Below, one piece after another: positions 19,822 through 30,255 of a DNA stretch of 64,000 nucleotides. Source of the DNA: a virus; IMG/VR virus record IMGVR_UViG_3300031857_000094, positions 1 through 64,000 of that record. The stretch is one strand, 5' to 3'. Below the pieces are notes generated by a model. That model saw nothing but the letters and a program-made list of their open reading frames with translations, searched no databases and had not been told where the DNA came from. Position numbers and translations under genes: made by a program. Each line of letters opens with the position of its first letter. Within the stretch, counting starts at the first letter, position 1.

Positions 19822-20581
19822 CTATGAATTCAACTTTGTATTTGGTGTTAGGATATATCGTTCTCTTTGCTCTTATCGCAGCAAGAGCTTTTTTATATGG
19901 TAATCCATAATCATAGTTCAACTTAGGTCTAAATGGAACGTTGTATATTCGGTACTTGAAATCTTGATGATCGCCTCCATCATATTCTTTTTGCATGGCT
20001 TTAACAAGTTCTGGAGTCCACATGAAAAAGTATATACTGTTATCTTCATGAATCAGCACATCATTATAGAAATCCCACTCACTAACATCGTCGTATGCAT
20101 GCTCTCCAATAACAGCCACACCACCCATTTCTTCAGCGTATCTACCTGCCAATAAAGCCGATACAGAGTCTGAACCTATACCATTGAGTTTCATGAAGAT
20201 ATCATCGTAATAGATCTGAAGCATTTCAGCTTCGGTTTTTTGAATAACAACGGGTTTTAAACTATGTTTTTTGCAGTAGTGAAATGCGTAAGATGACTCT
20301 AGCTTGTTGCCTGGAGTATCAACGATAATTGGCGTAGGATATAGATGTTTCAGACAGTCAAACACAAACTCTGAATCCATACCTCCGCTGAGGGGAACAT
20401 ATAGTTTCTTACTGATCCATGAAAAATCTGTGATTGTGTCGAACAGAGCTTGTTCCCAGGTTAAAGTTTCAACTTCTTCAACATCATGCCAAACTTTCAA
20501 ATCTGCTGCTGGATTTGTGAGACGCTCTGCTATATTAGTTTTCAGCCAGTTGTTTTTCGTTGCCATTTTTCTTAGTCCCAA
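19811..20581 (-). CDS. Short PP-loop protein
   Basis: LYVPLSGGMDSEFV; likely start is the internal MATKNN. Confidence 0.6.
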   Translation of the reverse strand: MGLRKMATKNNWLKTNIAERLTNPAADLKVWHDVEEVETLTWEQALFDTITDFSWISKKLYVPLSGGMDSEFVFDCLKHLYPTPIIVDTPGNKLESSYAFHYCKKHSLKPVVIQKTEAEMLQIYYDDIFMKLNGIGSDSVSALLAGRYAEEMGGVAVIGEHAYDDVSEWDFYNDVLIHEDNSIYFFMWTPELVKAMQKEYDGGDHQDFKYRIYNVPFRPKLNYDYGLPYKKALAAIRAKRTIYPNTKYKVEFIDDN

Positions 20582-20996
20582 AGACTAGATCCCAAATCGG
20601 AAAGAACACTCCGTAGTTTTTAGTAGGATCTTCATGATGCACCAAATGCCATCTACCACTAGTTAGTATTGGATACAGATTGACTTTGGGATTGTGTTCG
20701 ATTGCTTCTTGTATGAATGCAGCCCAAACATAGTAGAAACCAAACAGCCACCAATGGCCAGTTACAGCAGCTAAGACGAATGTAGGAATGACTTCGGTCA
20801 GCCACTGATCGACTGTGCTTTTCCAGTTGTCGAACCAGAGAAAAGCGTTTTTCCAGTTAAGGCCTTGAATGGTAGATTGGGTTACTTGCTTATGATGATC
20901 GTTGTGGAACTTGCGCATGAACGACCACACATGCGCAAGTCTGTGCATCCAGTAGATCATAAACGTCCATAGAAGAAATACTAATGCGTAGGTCAT
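20535..20996 (-). CDS. Fatty-acid hydroxylase / sterol desaturase family membrane di-iron protein
   Basis: His boxes YWMHRLAH, FHNDHH, WHLVHH and NYGVFFPIWDLVFGT. Confidence 0.85.
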   Translation of the reverse strand: MTYALVFLLWTFMIYWMHRLAHVWSFMRKFHNDHHKQVTQSTIQGLNWKNAFLWFDNWKSTVDQWLTEVIPTFVLAAVTGHWWLFGFYYVWAAFIQEAIEHNPKVNLYPILTSGRWHLVHHEDPTKNYGVFFPIWDLVFGTKKNGNEKQLAEN

Positions 20997-21397
20997 CTAT
21001 CATTAGCTGTAATCTTATCAATCATTTCTTGAATTTGTTCGTCAGTTAATGTGTCGAACTGAGTTTCTAGTTTACTCACATCAACAGTAAAAGACGTATT
21101 TTTCAGTTTGATAATATCAGACATAGATGTATCAATGTCTGGCGCTTGAACCTTTTCCAAAGTTTTCAACCACTCAATCGGTGCTTGTTTAATTATGAAA
21201 TCTTCTAATTCTTTTCCAATAGGAGCTGGAATAGGAAGTGTCAGAGAAACATCAGAACGACATCTTACTGGAGTTCCATCTTCGTTGCGATTAGAATCGC
21301 TAGCCAAAAACTCTTCGGAAAGAATATCTGTCCAGTATCTCGCTACAATCAAATGATCACTGGGCCATACTTCTACGATTTTATAATGTAAGTTCAT
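20993..21397 (-). CDS. Hypothetical protein, possibly fibre-associated
   Basis: Overlaps the stop codon of the adhesin-like gene. Confidence 0.55.
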   Translation of the reverse strand: MNLHYKIVEVWPSDHLIVARYWTDILSEEFLASDSNRNEDGTPVRCRSDVSLTLPIPAPIGKELEDFIIKQAPIEWLKTLEKVQAPDIDTSMSDIIKLKNTSFTVDVSKLETQFDTLTDEQIQEMIDKITANDR

Positions 21398-22773
21398 GCT
21401 ATTGGTCCGTTTCTAGTTCCTGTTGCTATGTATCTAGTTATATTTGCATTGCCTGTTACAGCATTACCCTGAGAACCTGTAGGTCCAGTTGCACCTGCTG
21501 GAGCAAAACCAAAACCACCCGCTCCTGCTGGACCTGTAGGGCCCGTTGCACCAGCATTGCCTGGAGCACCCGCAGGACCAGTTGCTCCCAAGTTTCCTTG
21601 AGCACCAGTCGGTCCAGTAGCTCCAGCTGCACCACCTCCGCCACCAGCACCATTGTTGAAGTTATTGTTAAACGATCCAGCGCCACCAGCGGCGCCTAAG
21701 TTACCACCGACACCACCAGATCTTGGCGTCGCATTAGTAACGGTTCCGCCATTACCACCACCATTTGCTGATCCTGCACCAGCGTTTGCTGCTATAGTTC
21801 CAAAAGATGTTCCTCCAGCACCGCCAGGAACACCTGCGCCACCGCCACCACCAGCACCAGTATTCGCAATAACACCTTTACCGTCGGAGTATCCGCCGCC
21901 ACCACCGCCGCCGCCACCGCCGCCAGATCCGCCTGGACCACCAGGTCCGCCAGGTCCGCGAGCACCTCCTGGACCGCCAGGACCGCCAGGACCAGCTGCA
22001 CCGCCTGGACCACCAGGACCACCTGGTCCGCCTGTTCCACTTAAACCACCTGGGCCTCCTGCGCCACCAGGTCCGCCTGTTCCGCCAGTGAATGTACCGC
22101 CAGCATTATCTACAACTGTAATCAATCCAGTTACAGAGGGAACAGTGAAAGAAGACCCACCTGTTCCACCAGATCCACCAGCGTTGCCTGGTCCGCCAGC
22201 ATTAGCAGCATTGCCTGGTCCGCCAGCATTTCCTGGCGATCCGTTATTTCCCGTGCCGCCTGGTCCGCCTGTTCCACCATTATTTCCTGGTCCACCTGTT
22301 CCACCAGCGTTGCCTGGAGATCCACCTGCTCCAGGATTACCTGGAGCGCCGTTAGCTCCATTTCCACCACCACCACCAGCACCAGAGTTACCAGGAGTAC
22401 CAGTATTGCCTGGATTACCAGCTGCACCTGGATTACCTGTTGTTCCTGTGTTTCCAGCTGCACCAGCGTTTCCTGGTGTTCCTGGATTTCCGTTAGTTCC
22501 ATTATTACCAGGAGTTCCAGCGTTTCCTGTATTTCCGATTCGACCTGTAATCGTATTGTTATTGTCGACGTAAACGAGCGATCCACCTTTCCATCCAGAT
22601 CCTACGTCGAACGCTGGTGTTGCTGGAGAGTTAGAAGTTACACCAGCATTAATGAAGCATAGCAAGTTAAGCGGATAAGCTGGGCTTCCCGCTTGAGTAT
22701 AGAGATTGACGTTCGTAGCAGCATTGCTGATCGTAACGACTTTTGTTGGTCTTGCTAATAATGCTAGAAACAT
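21394..22773 (-). CDS. Glycine-rich, gp38-adhesin-like / collagen-like fibre-tip protein
   Basis: Long G-X-Y and GGP triplet tracts between short beta segments; C-terminal GNAVTGNANITRYIATGTRNG recalls T-even gp38. Confidence 0.65.
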   Translation of the reverse strand: MFLALLARPTKVVTISNAATNVNLYTQAGSPAYPLNLLCFINAGVTSNSPATPAFDVGSGWKGGSLVYVDNNNTITGRIGNTGNAGTPGNNGTNGNPGTPGNAGAAGNTGTTGNPGAAGNPGNTGTPGNSGAGGGGGNGANGAPGNPGAGGSPGNAGGTGGPGNNGGTGGPGGTGNNGSPGNAGGPGNAANAGGPGNAGGSGGTGGSSFTVPSVTGLITVVDNAGGTFTGGTGGPGGAGGPGGLSGTGGPGGPGGPGGAAGPGGPGGPGGARGPGGPGGPGGSGGGGGGGGGGGYSDGKGVIANTGAGGGGGAGVPGGAGGTSFGTIAANAGAGSANGGGNGGTVTNATPRSGGVGGNLGAAGGAGSFNNNFNNGAGGGGGAAGATGPTGAQGNLGATGPAGAPGNAGATGPTGPAGAGGFGFAPAGATGPTGSQGNAVTGNANITRYIATGTRNGPIA

Positions 22774-22781
22774 GTTATCCC

Positions 22782-23612
22782 TTACTTAACGTCTGGGAGA
22801 TAAGATCCATAAAGATTCGTACCATCAGAATAGAATGTAAACAAGTCTCTTGCACCAACTGTTGTTGTGAGCGAAGGAGCTACACCAGCAGGCCACTTGA
22901 ATACACCGTTCCATGTGATAGTGTAGCTACCCGATCCACCTTGAATGACGCTTAGAATATATGTGCCAACTTTAAGATTCGTTGGAGCAGCCATCGTACG
23001 CGAAGCGCCAATAGTTACTGTAGCAACGCGACCTAGTGATGTATCCCAAGTGATCGTAGCTTGATCTGTCAGAGTCTGATTGAGGGCGTTTGAACGATCT
23101 GTGGTTGTGCCGTTGAGTGTAGTATTACCACCAACGAAAAGATTCGTTGAAACAGTAGCACGTCCAGTTACACCAAACCAACCAGTGGCGTTTGCTGTAG
23201 CTCCAGAACCACCAACAGTAAGAGTTTTAGACGCACCACCAAGAGTCGTATTACCAGAAACAGTTAGATTTGTTCCTACTGTAGCGCGCCCCGTGATTGT
23301 TAAAAGATCTGTGGTTGCATCGCCTAGATTGATGCCGCCATTTACGTTCAGGATACCGCTGATAGTCGTGTTACCAGCTACGTTAAGATTTCCGTTCGCG
23401 CTCAGGAGTCCATTAACGATAGTTCTGTTTGAGCCAGTAGTACCTAGTCGTGTAGATTGAGAAGAAACGAATCGAACGTTGGCTGTAATAGTGTTTGCAT
23501 ATAGCTTTGAGTTGTCAATGGCAAACTGACTTAGGCGATCAAATGCTTCGTTTGATCGTGTTCTCCATGTATCAAATGTGTTGGTTAGAGCAACGTTAGC
23601 AATTTTTGCCAT
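22782..23612 (-). CDS. Tail fibre protein
   Basis: NTFDTWRTRSN start, G/N/T beta repeats, C-terminal IQGGSGSYTITW..FKWPAGVAPSLT..DLFTF domain. Confidence 0.7.
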   Translation of the reverse strand: MAKIANVALTNTFDTWRTRSNEAFDRLSQFAIDNSKLYANTITANVRFVSSQSTRLGTTGSNRTIVNGLLSANGNLNVAGNTTISGILNVNGGINLGDATTDLLTITGRATVGTNLTVSGNTTLGGASKTLTVGGSGATANATGWFGVTGRATVSTNLFVGGNTTLNGTTTDRSNALNQTLTDQATITWDTSLGRVATVTIGASRTMAAPTNLKVGTYILSVIQGGSGSYTITWNGVFKWPAGVAPSLTTTVGARDLFTFYSDGTNLYGSYLPDVK

Positions 23613-23615
23613 TGG

Positions 23616-23831
23616 TTATCCTATCTTGTCTAATAGACGCTGCATGAGCGTTTTGAGTTCGTTGACTTCCTGTCTTAAGTTATTTATATCTTCAACAGCA
23701 GACTGAATTTCCTGCTGTTTTTCGCGTTTCTTTTTGTAGGCTTGCAAAGCGGTTAAGTTAGTGTTCAAAATCGCTTTGCTATCCATATCCCTGATCAGCT
23801 CAGGGTTTTCTTTTACCTTGGCATATTTCAT
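23616..23831 (-). CDS. Small coiled-coil protein typical downstream of the large baseplate protein
   Basis: LIRDMDSKAILN..INNLRQEVNELK. Confidence 0.65.
   Translation of the reverse strand: MKYAKVKENPELIRDMDSKAILNTNLTALQAYKKKREKQQEIQSAVEDINNLRQEVNELKTLMQRLLDKIG
23681..23688 (-). promoter_or_regulatory. Late promoter TATAAATA inside the small ORF, upstream of the fibre/adhesin genes
   Basis: Exact consensus about 70 nt upstream of ATG 23612. Confidence 0.5.
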
Positions 23832-23832
23832 G

Positions 23833-26800
23833 TTAAATCATCAGTGCTATAGCTCTCAAGTCTTTGACTCGAGGTGGATTACTGCTTGTGCTATTCGTCA
23901 GAACGATCTTAATCGCGAAATACTTAAACTTGCTATATGCAGCACGAGCAGAGTTGCGATACTCAATGATACCTGTCGAGTTGTTAGCGCCCGAACGAGC
24001 CGTATTGGTATAGTTCGGAACATCGTAAACTAGTTCAAGGAAATCATTTTTATTTTCGCTTGACGAGTAACGAGTTGCAGCAGTAAAGCCCTGAGATTCG
24101 TTAAGCTCCATTGGAATCCAACGAACGTCAGCCATACTATCATTATCTTCAGCCGCAAGGATCTTGTAGTAAACAAAGATGTTCGATCCGCTTGGCTTAT
24201 AAGCCGTCAGATAAACGCGGAGATCTTCAGCGTCCTGTCCGTCTGCGAGGCCAACGATACGTGTGATATATCGTGTTTCAGCGTTTCCGCCAAACTTGAC
24301 ATAATCTTCTGAGCTACCGATAGCGGCGTTCGTGCTGATCAAGTTATGAGTATGATACAATGCAATACGATCAAGATCGATAGCTGGAGAAGCTACGATA
24401 TTTCTTCCGTCGATCTCATACTTGATTTCCAACGATCTGTTCGTAGCCATAGTAGCAGACGAAGCAGAAGTGTTAGATTCAATGCTACGACTCAGAACAT
24501 AACGTGGAGAGCTCAGCTCTGTGTCGCCGTTGATGTTCACTCTGAAGAATGAAGAGTCGCGAGCAGATGTAGATGTTGCCATCTTAGCGAAAGCACGAAC
24601 TTGATTATTCGATGGAACAATCATGTTAGTGATCAGATTCATATTATCAATTGCAACGTTGTTGATAGTTACGATGCGAGCATTGTATCCACTTGTCTGA
24701 CCTTTGATATACGTATCAGTCGCGAAAGCACGAGCGTTGGCAAATGCAACGCCGCTATTAACATATGAAGTATTTGCTACAATCAATCTTGTATTAGCAT
24801 AGTTGATTGCATCATAGTATGTTACGCGACCAACTGGATACGTGGCTGATGTGATTCCACCAGTTGAGTTACCAGCGAGCGGCGAAGTCGTTGGGCTTGC
24901 GCCAAGACGGAAACGAACTGCTTCGCCACCACGGAACTTAGCTCCAGTCGACACGTCACGAACAACAACGTGATTTGCGCTGACAGAAACGATCTTACCA
25001 GTAGCACCAGAAGTCATACCCTGAACGAACGAGTTACCTGTAGCAGTATTACCTTTCAGTCCATTTCCTGGAGTGAACGTTCCCACCAGTCTCGTTTGAC
25101 CATGAACAACTTCACCAATGCTTGAAAGAGCACCAGTTGTATTTGCGATTGTTAAGTGATCACGAGCTGGATTCTTAACGATCAACGTACCTACTGTAGA
25201 TTTGTTAAACTCAGCATAGTATGCTGTGAACTTAAGATCTTCTTTTTGTTCTGGCTGGAATACTCTCTGATTCGCAGAAACGAACAGAACACCAGCGGCT
25301 GGCTGTTCAGAAACAATTGATTTGTCAATTAAATCTTTTCCTCCTAAAACAGCTGTATATACAGAGTAATAGGGACTACCAGACTCTGGAGTGATTACGA
25401 TAGCATATTCAGTTTCATTCGACAAATGAACTGGCGAAGGGAAATATACTGGCGTTGCTGCGCTAGAATCCGCACTAGTATTAACTTCTGCAGATGTTAA
25501 AGTTACTCTAGAATAAGGAACAACTTTCATCGTTACAGCAGATGTAAGTGGATCTACTTCACGAATATCAATTGTAACGCTTCTGATATTATCTTTTGAA
25601 GCAAAGAACAAATCAAATTTCGTTAGATACATTCCAGAAGTTTGTGTTTTCGTAGAAAGTATGCTATTAATAAAGAAACTTTGTCCAATAGGATCGCCAT
25701 GTGCTGGAACTTCTGGTGGTACCCAATCACCTCCATCGTCATTATCTTCTTCTGGAGCTGGAATAGTTCCGACAACAACCTGTCCACTTGATGTTGTAAC
25801 TGAACTTGAACTTCCATATGTTGTTGAGTTCAACGCAGATTGAGTTATTTCAACAGATTTAGTTGTAACTGTAAGCGATGAAACTGTTTGAGCCAAACCT
25901 TCTGCAGTATAAGTTGCTTCACAAGATGTAACCAACTGACCAAATGATCCAGAATTTGTTGGATTATCAGTAAATCTAAGGCGTTTTGCTCCAGTTCTAA
26001 ACTTCAAAGAAGAATCATTTGGCAGTTGGAACGCGCCATAAGCAGTGCCATAAGCATCTGTTACAAAAGCAGAACCAGCAGCAGCTGCAGGAGTAATTGG
26101 TGCTCCTGTTATCGTTTTAAGACCAGAGGTAAACTCTGCTTCTGTAAGTGGTGTAACATATGCATTAACATCAACTCCGTCAAAAAATCCATAAACGCGA
26201 ATTGATGGCATCATTCCTTGCATCTTGAAGAGAATTTGACGCGAGCGCATGTATGGGATGATTGAAGTATCTACTACGATATTACCATAAGATGCGGTCG
26301 TTGTAACAAATCCGATACCAGTTTGTTCGCCAGTTTGCGTTGTAATAGTAGGAGTAGCATAGTAATTTTGAGTTTGAGTATCCTGATAGATGATTTGAGA
26401 ACCATCTATCTGAGTAACAGCATATGTACCGCCAACATTATTTGTCGCGCTTCCTACCAGAACAGGAGAGCCTGTAAAGCTAGTAATAGGTGCATTCCAA
26501 TTTGCAGGCCATGTTGATGCTAGGTATTCCCATGAGTCCGTATTTAAATCAATTGTAATATTCGTATCTGGACCTTCAACCGTATCACACCAATAATCGT
26601 TATCAGGAAGAAGTGTTAGTGTACCAACGAAATTCCAAATAGCACCAGCGCAGTTTCTTGTTGTTGTAGCGTATGGTTGATTAACAAGAATTTTGTGCGA
26701 GTATGGAAGCGTTACGAGTTTACCAGCAGTTGTTGCTGTTACAGATGAAACATTTGCTGATTCACTTCCGCCAACAGCACGATTTCCAACTACAGTAGCT

Positions 26801-29800
26801 CCAGCTGCAAAATTAACAATTGCATCCTCAACATACAACTTATTTCCAACCCTATGTCTAATTGTAGCGGATGGTGTGCTACCAATTTTTACTTCGGTAC
26901 CAGGAAGGAAAGCTGATGATGATGGTGTAGAAGAAAGAACAATAACTTGATCTCGCGACAAACCAGCAGGCGTTACGTTCGTGCGAACAACGTTTGCTGA
27001 GTTGGCAGTCATCACGAGTGGCGTTTCGTCGTTAGTGAAACGTGGGCGCATTTCGCCCTTAGTAGGATCAATAGCAACCTTGTAGTCTAAATCAAACACG
27101 TTACCGACAGCATGTGTCGTGAACGAATCCACGAGGATACCGTTCTTGAAACGATCTAAACCGTTGGCGTCTTGAACAAGCAAGTCTTGTGCTGACAGTT
27201 CAAGAAGAGTCAGTGATGTGTAGTATTCAAGACGATCGATGCGCTCCGCAATCTTACCAATATCGCGCATTGTATAGCGACGATTGTTGAACTTGCGGAA
27301 CTTGTTAGCCTGATCTGGACGTCCAACACGACGAGCCAGAACTGGAGGAAGTGATGGATATGGAGCAAGCTCGATAGAAGCCATAGCCATAACATCATTA
27401 GGAGCAGGAGGCGTCGCAGGTCTAACTGCAGGAACACCCTTAGTGACTACAAGACTTCCGTCAGTATTCAATCCGATGATATCAACACGACGCAGATAGT
27501 ATTCAAGATCTGTCGTAAAGTCCTGGCCCGTAGGTGAGAAGTGCAAGCCACCTGAAGGAAGAACGAATGTGTTCGATGTTTTAGGATTGGTAGCAATAGT
27601 GCTTGAAGAAAGTACAGTCACAGAATTAGCTGTATCTGTCATGCGTGGGCGGAAATCTACGCAATCACGAAGATCGTATGAGATACCTGTAGAAGGTGAA
27701 ATATATACAGGAATTTCATATGTAAAAATTTTACTTGTGTTTGTTGCAGCTGTTGCATCGTCAACTGGATAAGAATCATACGAGAAAAATCCTGTTGGAT
27801 TTACCCCGTGTGTAAAGTAATCAAACTTAACAAGCAAACGATCGCCAGAAGCGATAGAAAGCGCGCTTGATGATTTCTTAACTAGACGAGAATGGCTATA
27901 ATAACTATCTAGCATACCACTGTCTAGTGTAAAGTGTGATGTTACGTCTGTACCTTCAGTTGCAGAAGCGAAGTCAGCGCTGCTCTTCTTACGAACTGAA
28001 ATAAGTTTGAAACCATCTGACAGACCGAGCGACCACGGACCAGTTGTATTGGCTGTATATCCAGACCCACCACGATTACTGCCGACATGAATCTGTACAA
28101 GTCGATTGCGCTGAACGGATTTAGACTGTTCCTGCCCATTAATTTTGTTTAACGTGGAAACAATTGTTGCACTAAGAGTAGTAGTTAAAGTTTCGTTGAT
28201 ATCAAACGTTGCACCAGTTGATGATGTAATATTGATAGAACGAGCTCCATCTTTTCCAACACCAGCAAAGTCAAGAACTTGACCAGGGAAAAATCTTTTA
28301 AAGAACGATTTACCAGAACCAGTAACACCGTTTACAGGTCCAAGAGTTGTAATCGTAGAACCACTAACTGTGCTTACAATAAACGTATTGCTGACTGAAG
28401 AAATATAAATCGCGTCTCCAGGATTTACTTTACCATCAATCGTAGCACTAGCTGTTATTGTATTTGATCCATTGGTCGTAGAAAGCGTTTCGCTGAACGT
28501 TGTAGTATTGGCGTATCCACGAGAAACGACATAAAAATCTGTTCTTGTAGCAGCATCGCTTAGAACACCAGAACCGTCAAACGTTCCATCACTAAGGGTT
28601 AATGTAGCTATTCCGCCTGTCGTAAAGGACACATTGTTCGAAACATAGAACGAATAATCGTTTCTAACGGTTCCTGATGTGGTGCGCAAACGCTTAATAG
28701 CTTGGGCTGGAAGACGGAAAACTGCACGATCAAATAGAGGATCTGAAGTGTTGGCATTTAAACCATTAGATCCAACAATATCTGCTTTACCATAAACAGT
28801 ACTACCGCCGCCATTGTAACCAATAGACTGCACAGCCGTGAACGACTGACCTGCAGCCATTGTTACGTCAGTAAGATATAGCTTGTACTGTGCGCTTGGA
28901 AGCCCAGGAGTTCCGCTGTAGTATTCGATACCACGAACACGAGCTGTACCAATTTGAGAACCAGAGAAAACAGTTGTTGAGTAGTTTCTTGAGCTAACGG
29001 CATCAGCTTGCGCTGAACGCAGAGAAACGATGCTCTGTTGATTTACATCCCAGTTACCAACAACGTTATCTACAATAACATAGTTGCCATAATCAACTAG
29101 CGCTTTTGCAGACTGTACTGCTTCTGAATCTGTTGCTTTTTGAATATTTCTGCCAATAGTAGCAATACGTTCGATATCATACCCTTTAACGTATGCTTTT
29201 CCTGGCTCAGCAAATACAACTAGGAGTTGATTGTTGCCGCCTTCAGCCGAAGTCAGTACCCCTTGATTGTTACCAGTTTTAAGGTGTTCTTTTACGTTAA
29301 TCTCGAATCCATTTACAACGTAATCACCAGATTCATCCGCGGTACGTTTTGCGATGTAATCGCGAATTTGAGAATACTGCGGACGTGTAGAAATCGACTG
29401 AACAACGCCATCCTTAACTTGGAAAAGCTCAACGAATGTGTTAGATACTGTAGCAGTAAGAGCAACAGAGCGAACGTTGGCCGTAAGTTTAAGACGAGCA
29501 GCACCAGGAGCGGCATAGTTGTATGAACCGCTCGCTGGATCAAGCAGTGATTCATCGGTTGTTTCTGTTACAATAGTTTCTGTAATATCAAAACCAACAC
29601 GAGCTGACGCGGTTGTCGATTGATAATTACTTACAAGAACAGTTTGTTCTGGAACACGAATAAAGTGATCTTTGGCATAAACAATACCAGTATTAAATGT
29701 GACTGCGGCCCCAAATCCAGTCGCACCAGATGTGATTGAGTTTGCTGAGTAAATCGTTCCACCACCAACTGTTCTGATGATTTCGTTATTAGCGAAGAAA

Positions 29801-30255
29801 CGATATCCAGTTGAGTTGTTGGCTGCAATATATTTAACATACAACGTTTTATAGTTTGGTGATGTAGATTCTGAACCGTCTTTAACTTTAACAACTATAC
29901 CAAGAACACCAGACGTTGCACCTTTAACGATCTTATTAGAAAAATCGCTAACTGTTACTGTATTACCAGTTGAATTGTTGTTGCGCAGTTTAACGAAACT
30001 ATAACGAGTATCGTAATTAGTTTCAAGACCCTGAACGGTTGAACCTTCTCTAAAAATATGCGAAGCGAAACGATCGATCTGATTTTGAAGGATCGTTTGC
30101 ATCTGCGTGAGTTCGCGAGCCTGCACAGCCAATCCTGGGCGGAACAGAATACGATGGAAGTTTTTAGACTCATCGAAATCGTCGTAGTAAGGTGATACGT
30201 TGAAGTTCGTTGAGAGCGTGACGTTATTAGCTTCTGCAGCCATGATACCTTCCAA
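23833..30255 (-). CDS. Large virion structural protein (DUF4815 / VrlC-like)
   Basis: NVSPYYDDFD..RILFRPG.AVQARELTQ, NYAAPGA.RL, YTMRDIG..RLEYYTSL, DPIGQSF, FAIKIVL; likely start is the internal MAAEAN. Confidence 0.85.
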   Translation of the reverse strand: MEGIMAAEANNVTLSTNFNVSPYYDDFDESKNFHRILFRPGLAVQARELTQMQTILQNQIDRFASHIFREGSTVQGLETNYDTRYSFVKLRNNNSTGNTVTVSDFSNKIVKGATSGVLGIVVKVKDGSESTSPNYKTLYVKYIAANNSTGYRFFANNEIIRTVGGGTIYSANSITSGATGFGAAVTFNTGIVYAKDHFIRVPEQTVLVSNYQSTTASARVGFDITETIVTETTDESLLDPASGSYNYAAPGAARLKLTANVRSVALTATVSNTFVELFQVKDGVVQSISTRPQYSQIRDYIAKRTADESGDYVVNGFEINVKEHLKTGNNQGVLTSAEGGNNQLLVVFAEPGKAYVKGYDIERIATIGRNIQKATDSEAVQSAKALVDYGNYVIVDNVVGNWDVNQQSIVSLRSAQADAVSSRNYSTTVFSGSQIGTARVRGIEYYSGTPGLPSAQYKLYLTDVTMAAGQSFTAVQSIGYNGGGSTVYGKADIVGSNGLNANTSDPLFDRAVFRLPAQAIKRLRTTSGTVRNDYSFYVSNNVSFTTGGIATLTLSDGTFDGSGVLSDAATRTDFYVVSRGYANTTTFSETLSTTNGSNTITASATIDGKVNPGDAIYISSVSNTFIVSTVSGSTITTLGPVNGVTGSGKSFFKRFFPGQVLDFAGVGKDGARSINITSSTGATFDINETLTTTLSATIVSTLNKINGQEQSKSVQRNRLVQIHVGSNRGGSGYTANTTGPWSLGLSDGFKLISVRKKSSADFASATEGTDVTSHFTLDSGMLDSYYSHSRLVKKSSSALSIASGDRLLVKFDYFTHGVNPTGFFSYDSYPVDDATAATNTSKIFTYEIPVYISPSTGISYDLRDCVDFRPRMTDTANSVTVLSSSTIATNPKTSNTFVLPSGGLHFSPTGQDFTTDLEYYLRRVDIIGLNTDGSLVVTKGVPAVRPATPPAPNDVMAMASIELAPYPSLPPVLARRVGRPDQANKFRKFNNRRYTMRDIGKIAERIDRLEYYTSLTLLELSAQDLLVQDANGLDRFKNGILVDSFTTHAVGNVFDLDYKVAIDPTKGEMRPRFTNDETPLVMTANSANVVRTNVTPAGLSRDQVIVLSSTPSSSAFLPGTEVKIGSTPSATIRHRVGNKLYVEDAIVNFAAGATVVGNRAVGGSESANVSSVTATTAGKLVTLPYSHKILVNQPYATTTRNCAGAIWNFVGTLTLLPDNDYWCDTVEGPDTNITIDLNTDSWEYLASTWPANWNAPITSFTGSPVLVGSATNNVGGTYAVTQIDGSQIIYQDTQTQNYYATPTITTQTGEQTGIGFVTTTASYGNIVVDTSIIPYMRSRQILFKMQGMMPSIRVYGFFDGVDVNAYVTPLTEAEFTSGLKTITGAPITPAAAAGSAFVTDAYGTAYGAFQLPNDSSLKFRTGAKRLRFTDNPTNSGSFGQLVTSCEATYTAEGLAQTVSSLTVTTKSVEITQSALNSTTYGSSSSVTTSSGQVVVGTIPAPEEDNDDGGDWVPPEVPAHGDPIGQSFFINSILSTKTQTSGMYLTKFDLFFASKDNIRSVTIDIREVDPLTSAVTMKVVPYSRVTLTSAEVNTSADSSAATPVYFPSPVHLSNETEYAIVITPESGSPYYSVYTAVLGGKDLIDKSIVSEQPAAGVLFVSANQRVFQPEQKEDLKFTAYYAEFNKSTVGTLIVKNPARDHLTIANTTGALSSIGEVVHGQTRLVGTFTPGNGLKGNTATGNSFVQGMTSGATGKIVSVSANHVVVRDVSTGAKFRGGEAVRFRLGASPTTSPLAGNSTGGITSATYPVGRVTYYDAINYANTRLIVANTSYVNSGVAFANARAFATDTYIKGQTSGYNARIVTINNVAIDNMNLITNMIVPSNNQVRAFAKMATSTSARDSSFFRVNINGDTELSSPRYVLSRSIESNTSASSATMATNRSLEIKYEIDGRNIVASPAIDLDRIALYHTHNLISTNAAIGSSEDYVKFGGNAETRYITRIVGLADGQDAEDLRVYLTAYKPSGSNIFVYYKILAAEDNDSMADVRWIPMELNESQGFTAATRYSSSENKNDFLELVYDVPNYTNTARSGANNSTGIIEYRNSARAAYSKFKYFAIKIVLTNSTSSNPPRVKDLRAIALMI

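Noticed and set aside
21653-22573. 306-aa Pro-rich plus-strand ORF
   Set aside because: Antisense shadow of the Gly codons in the adhesin-like gene
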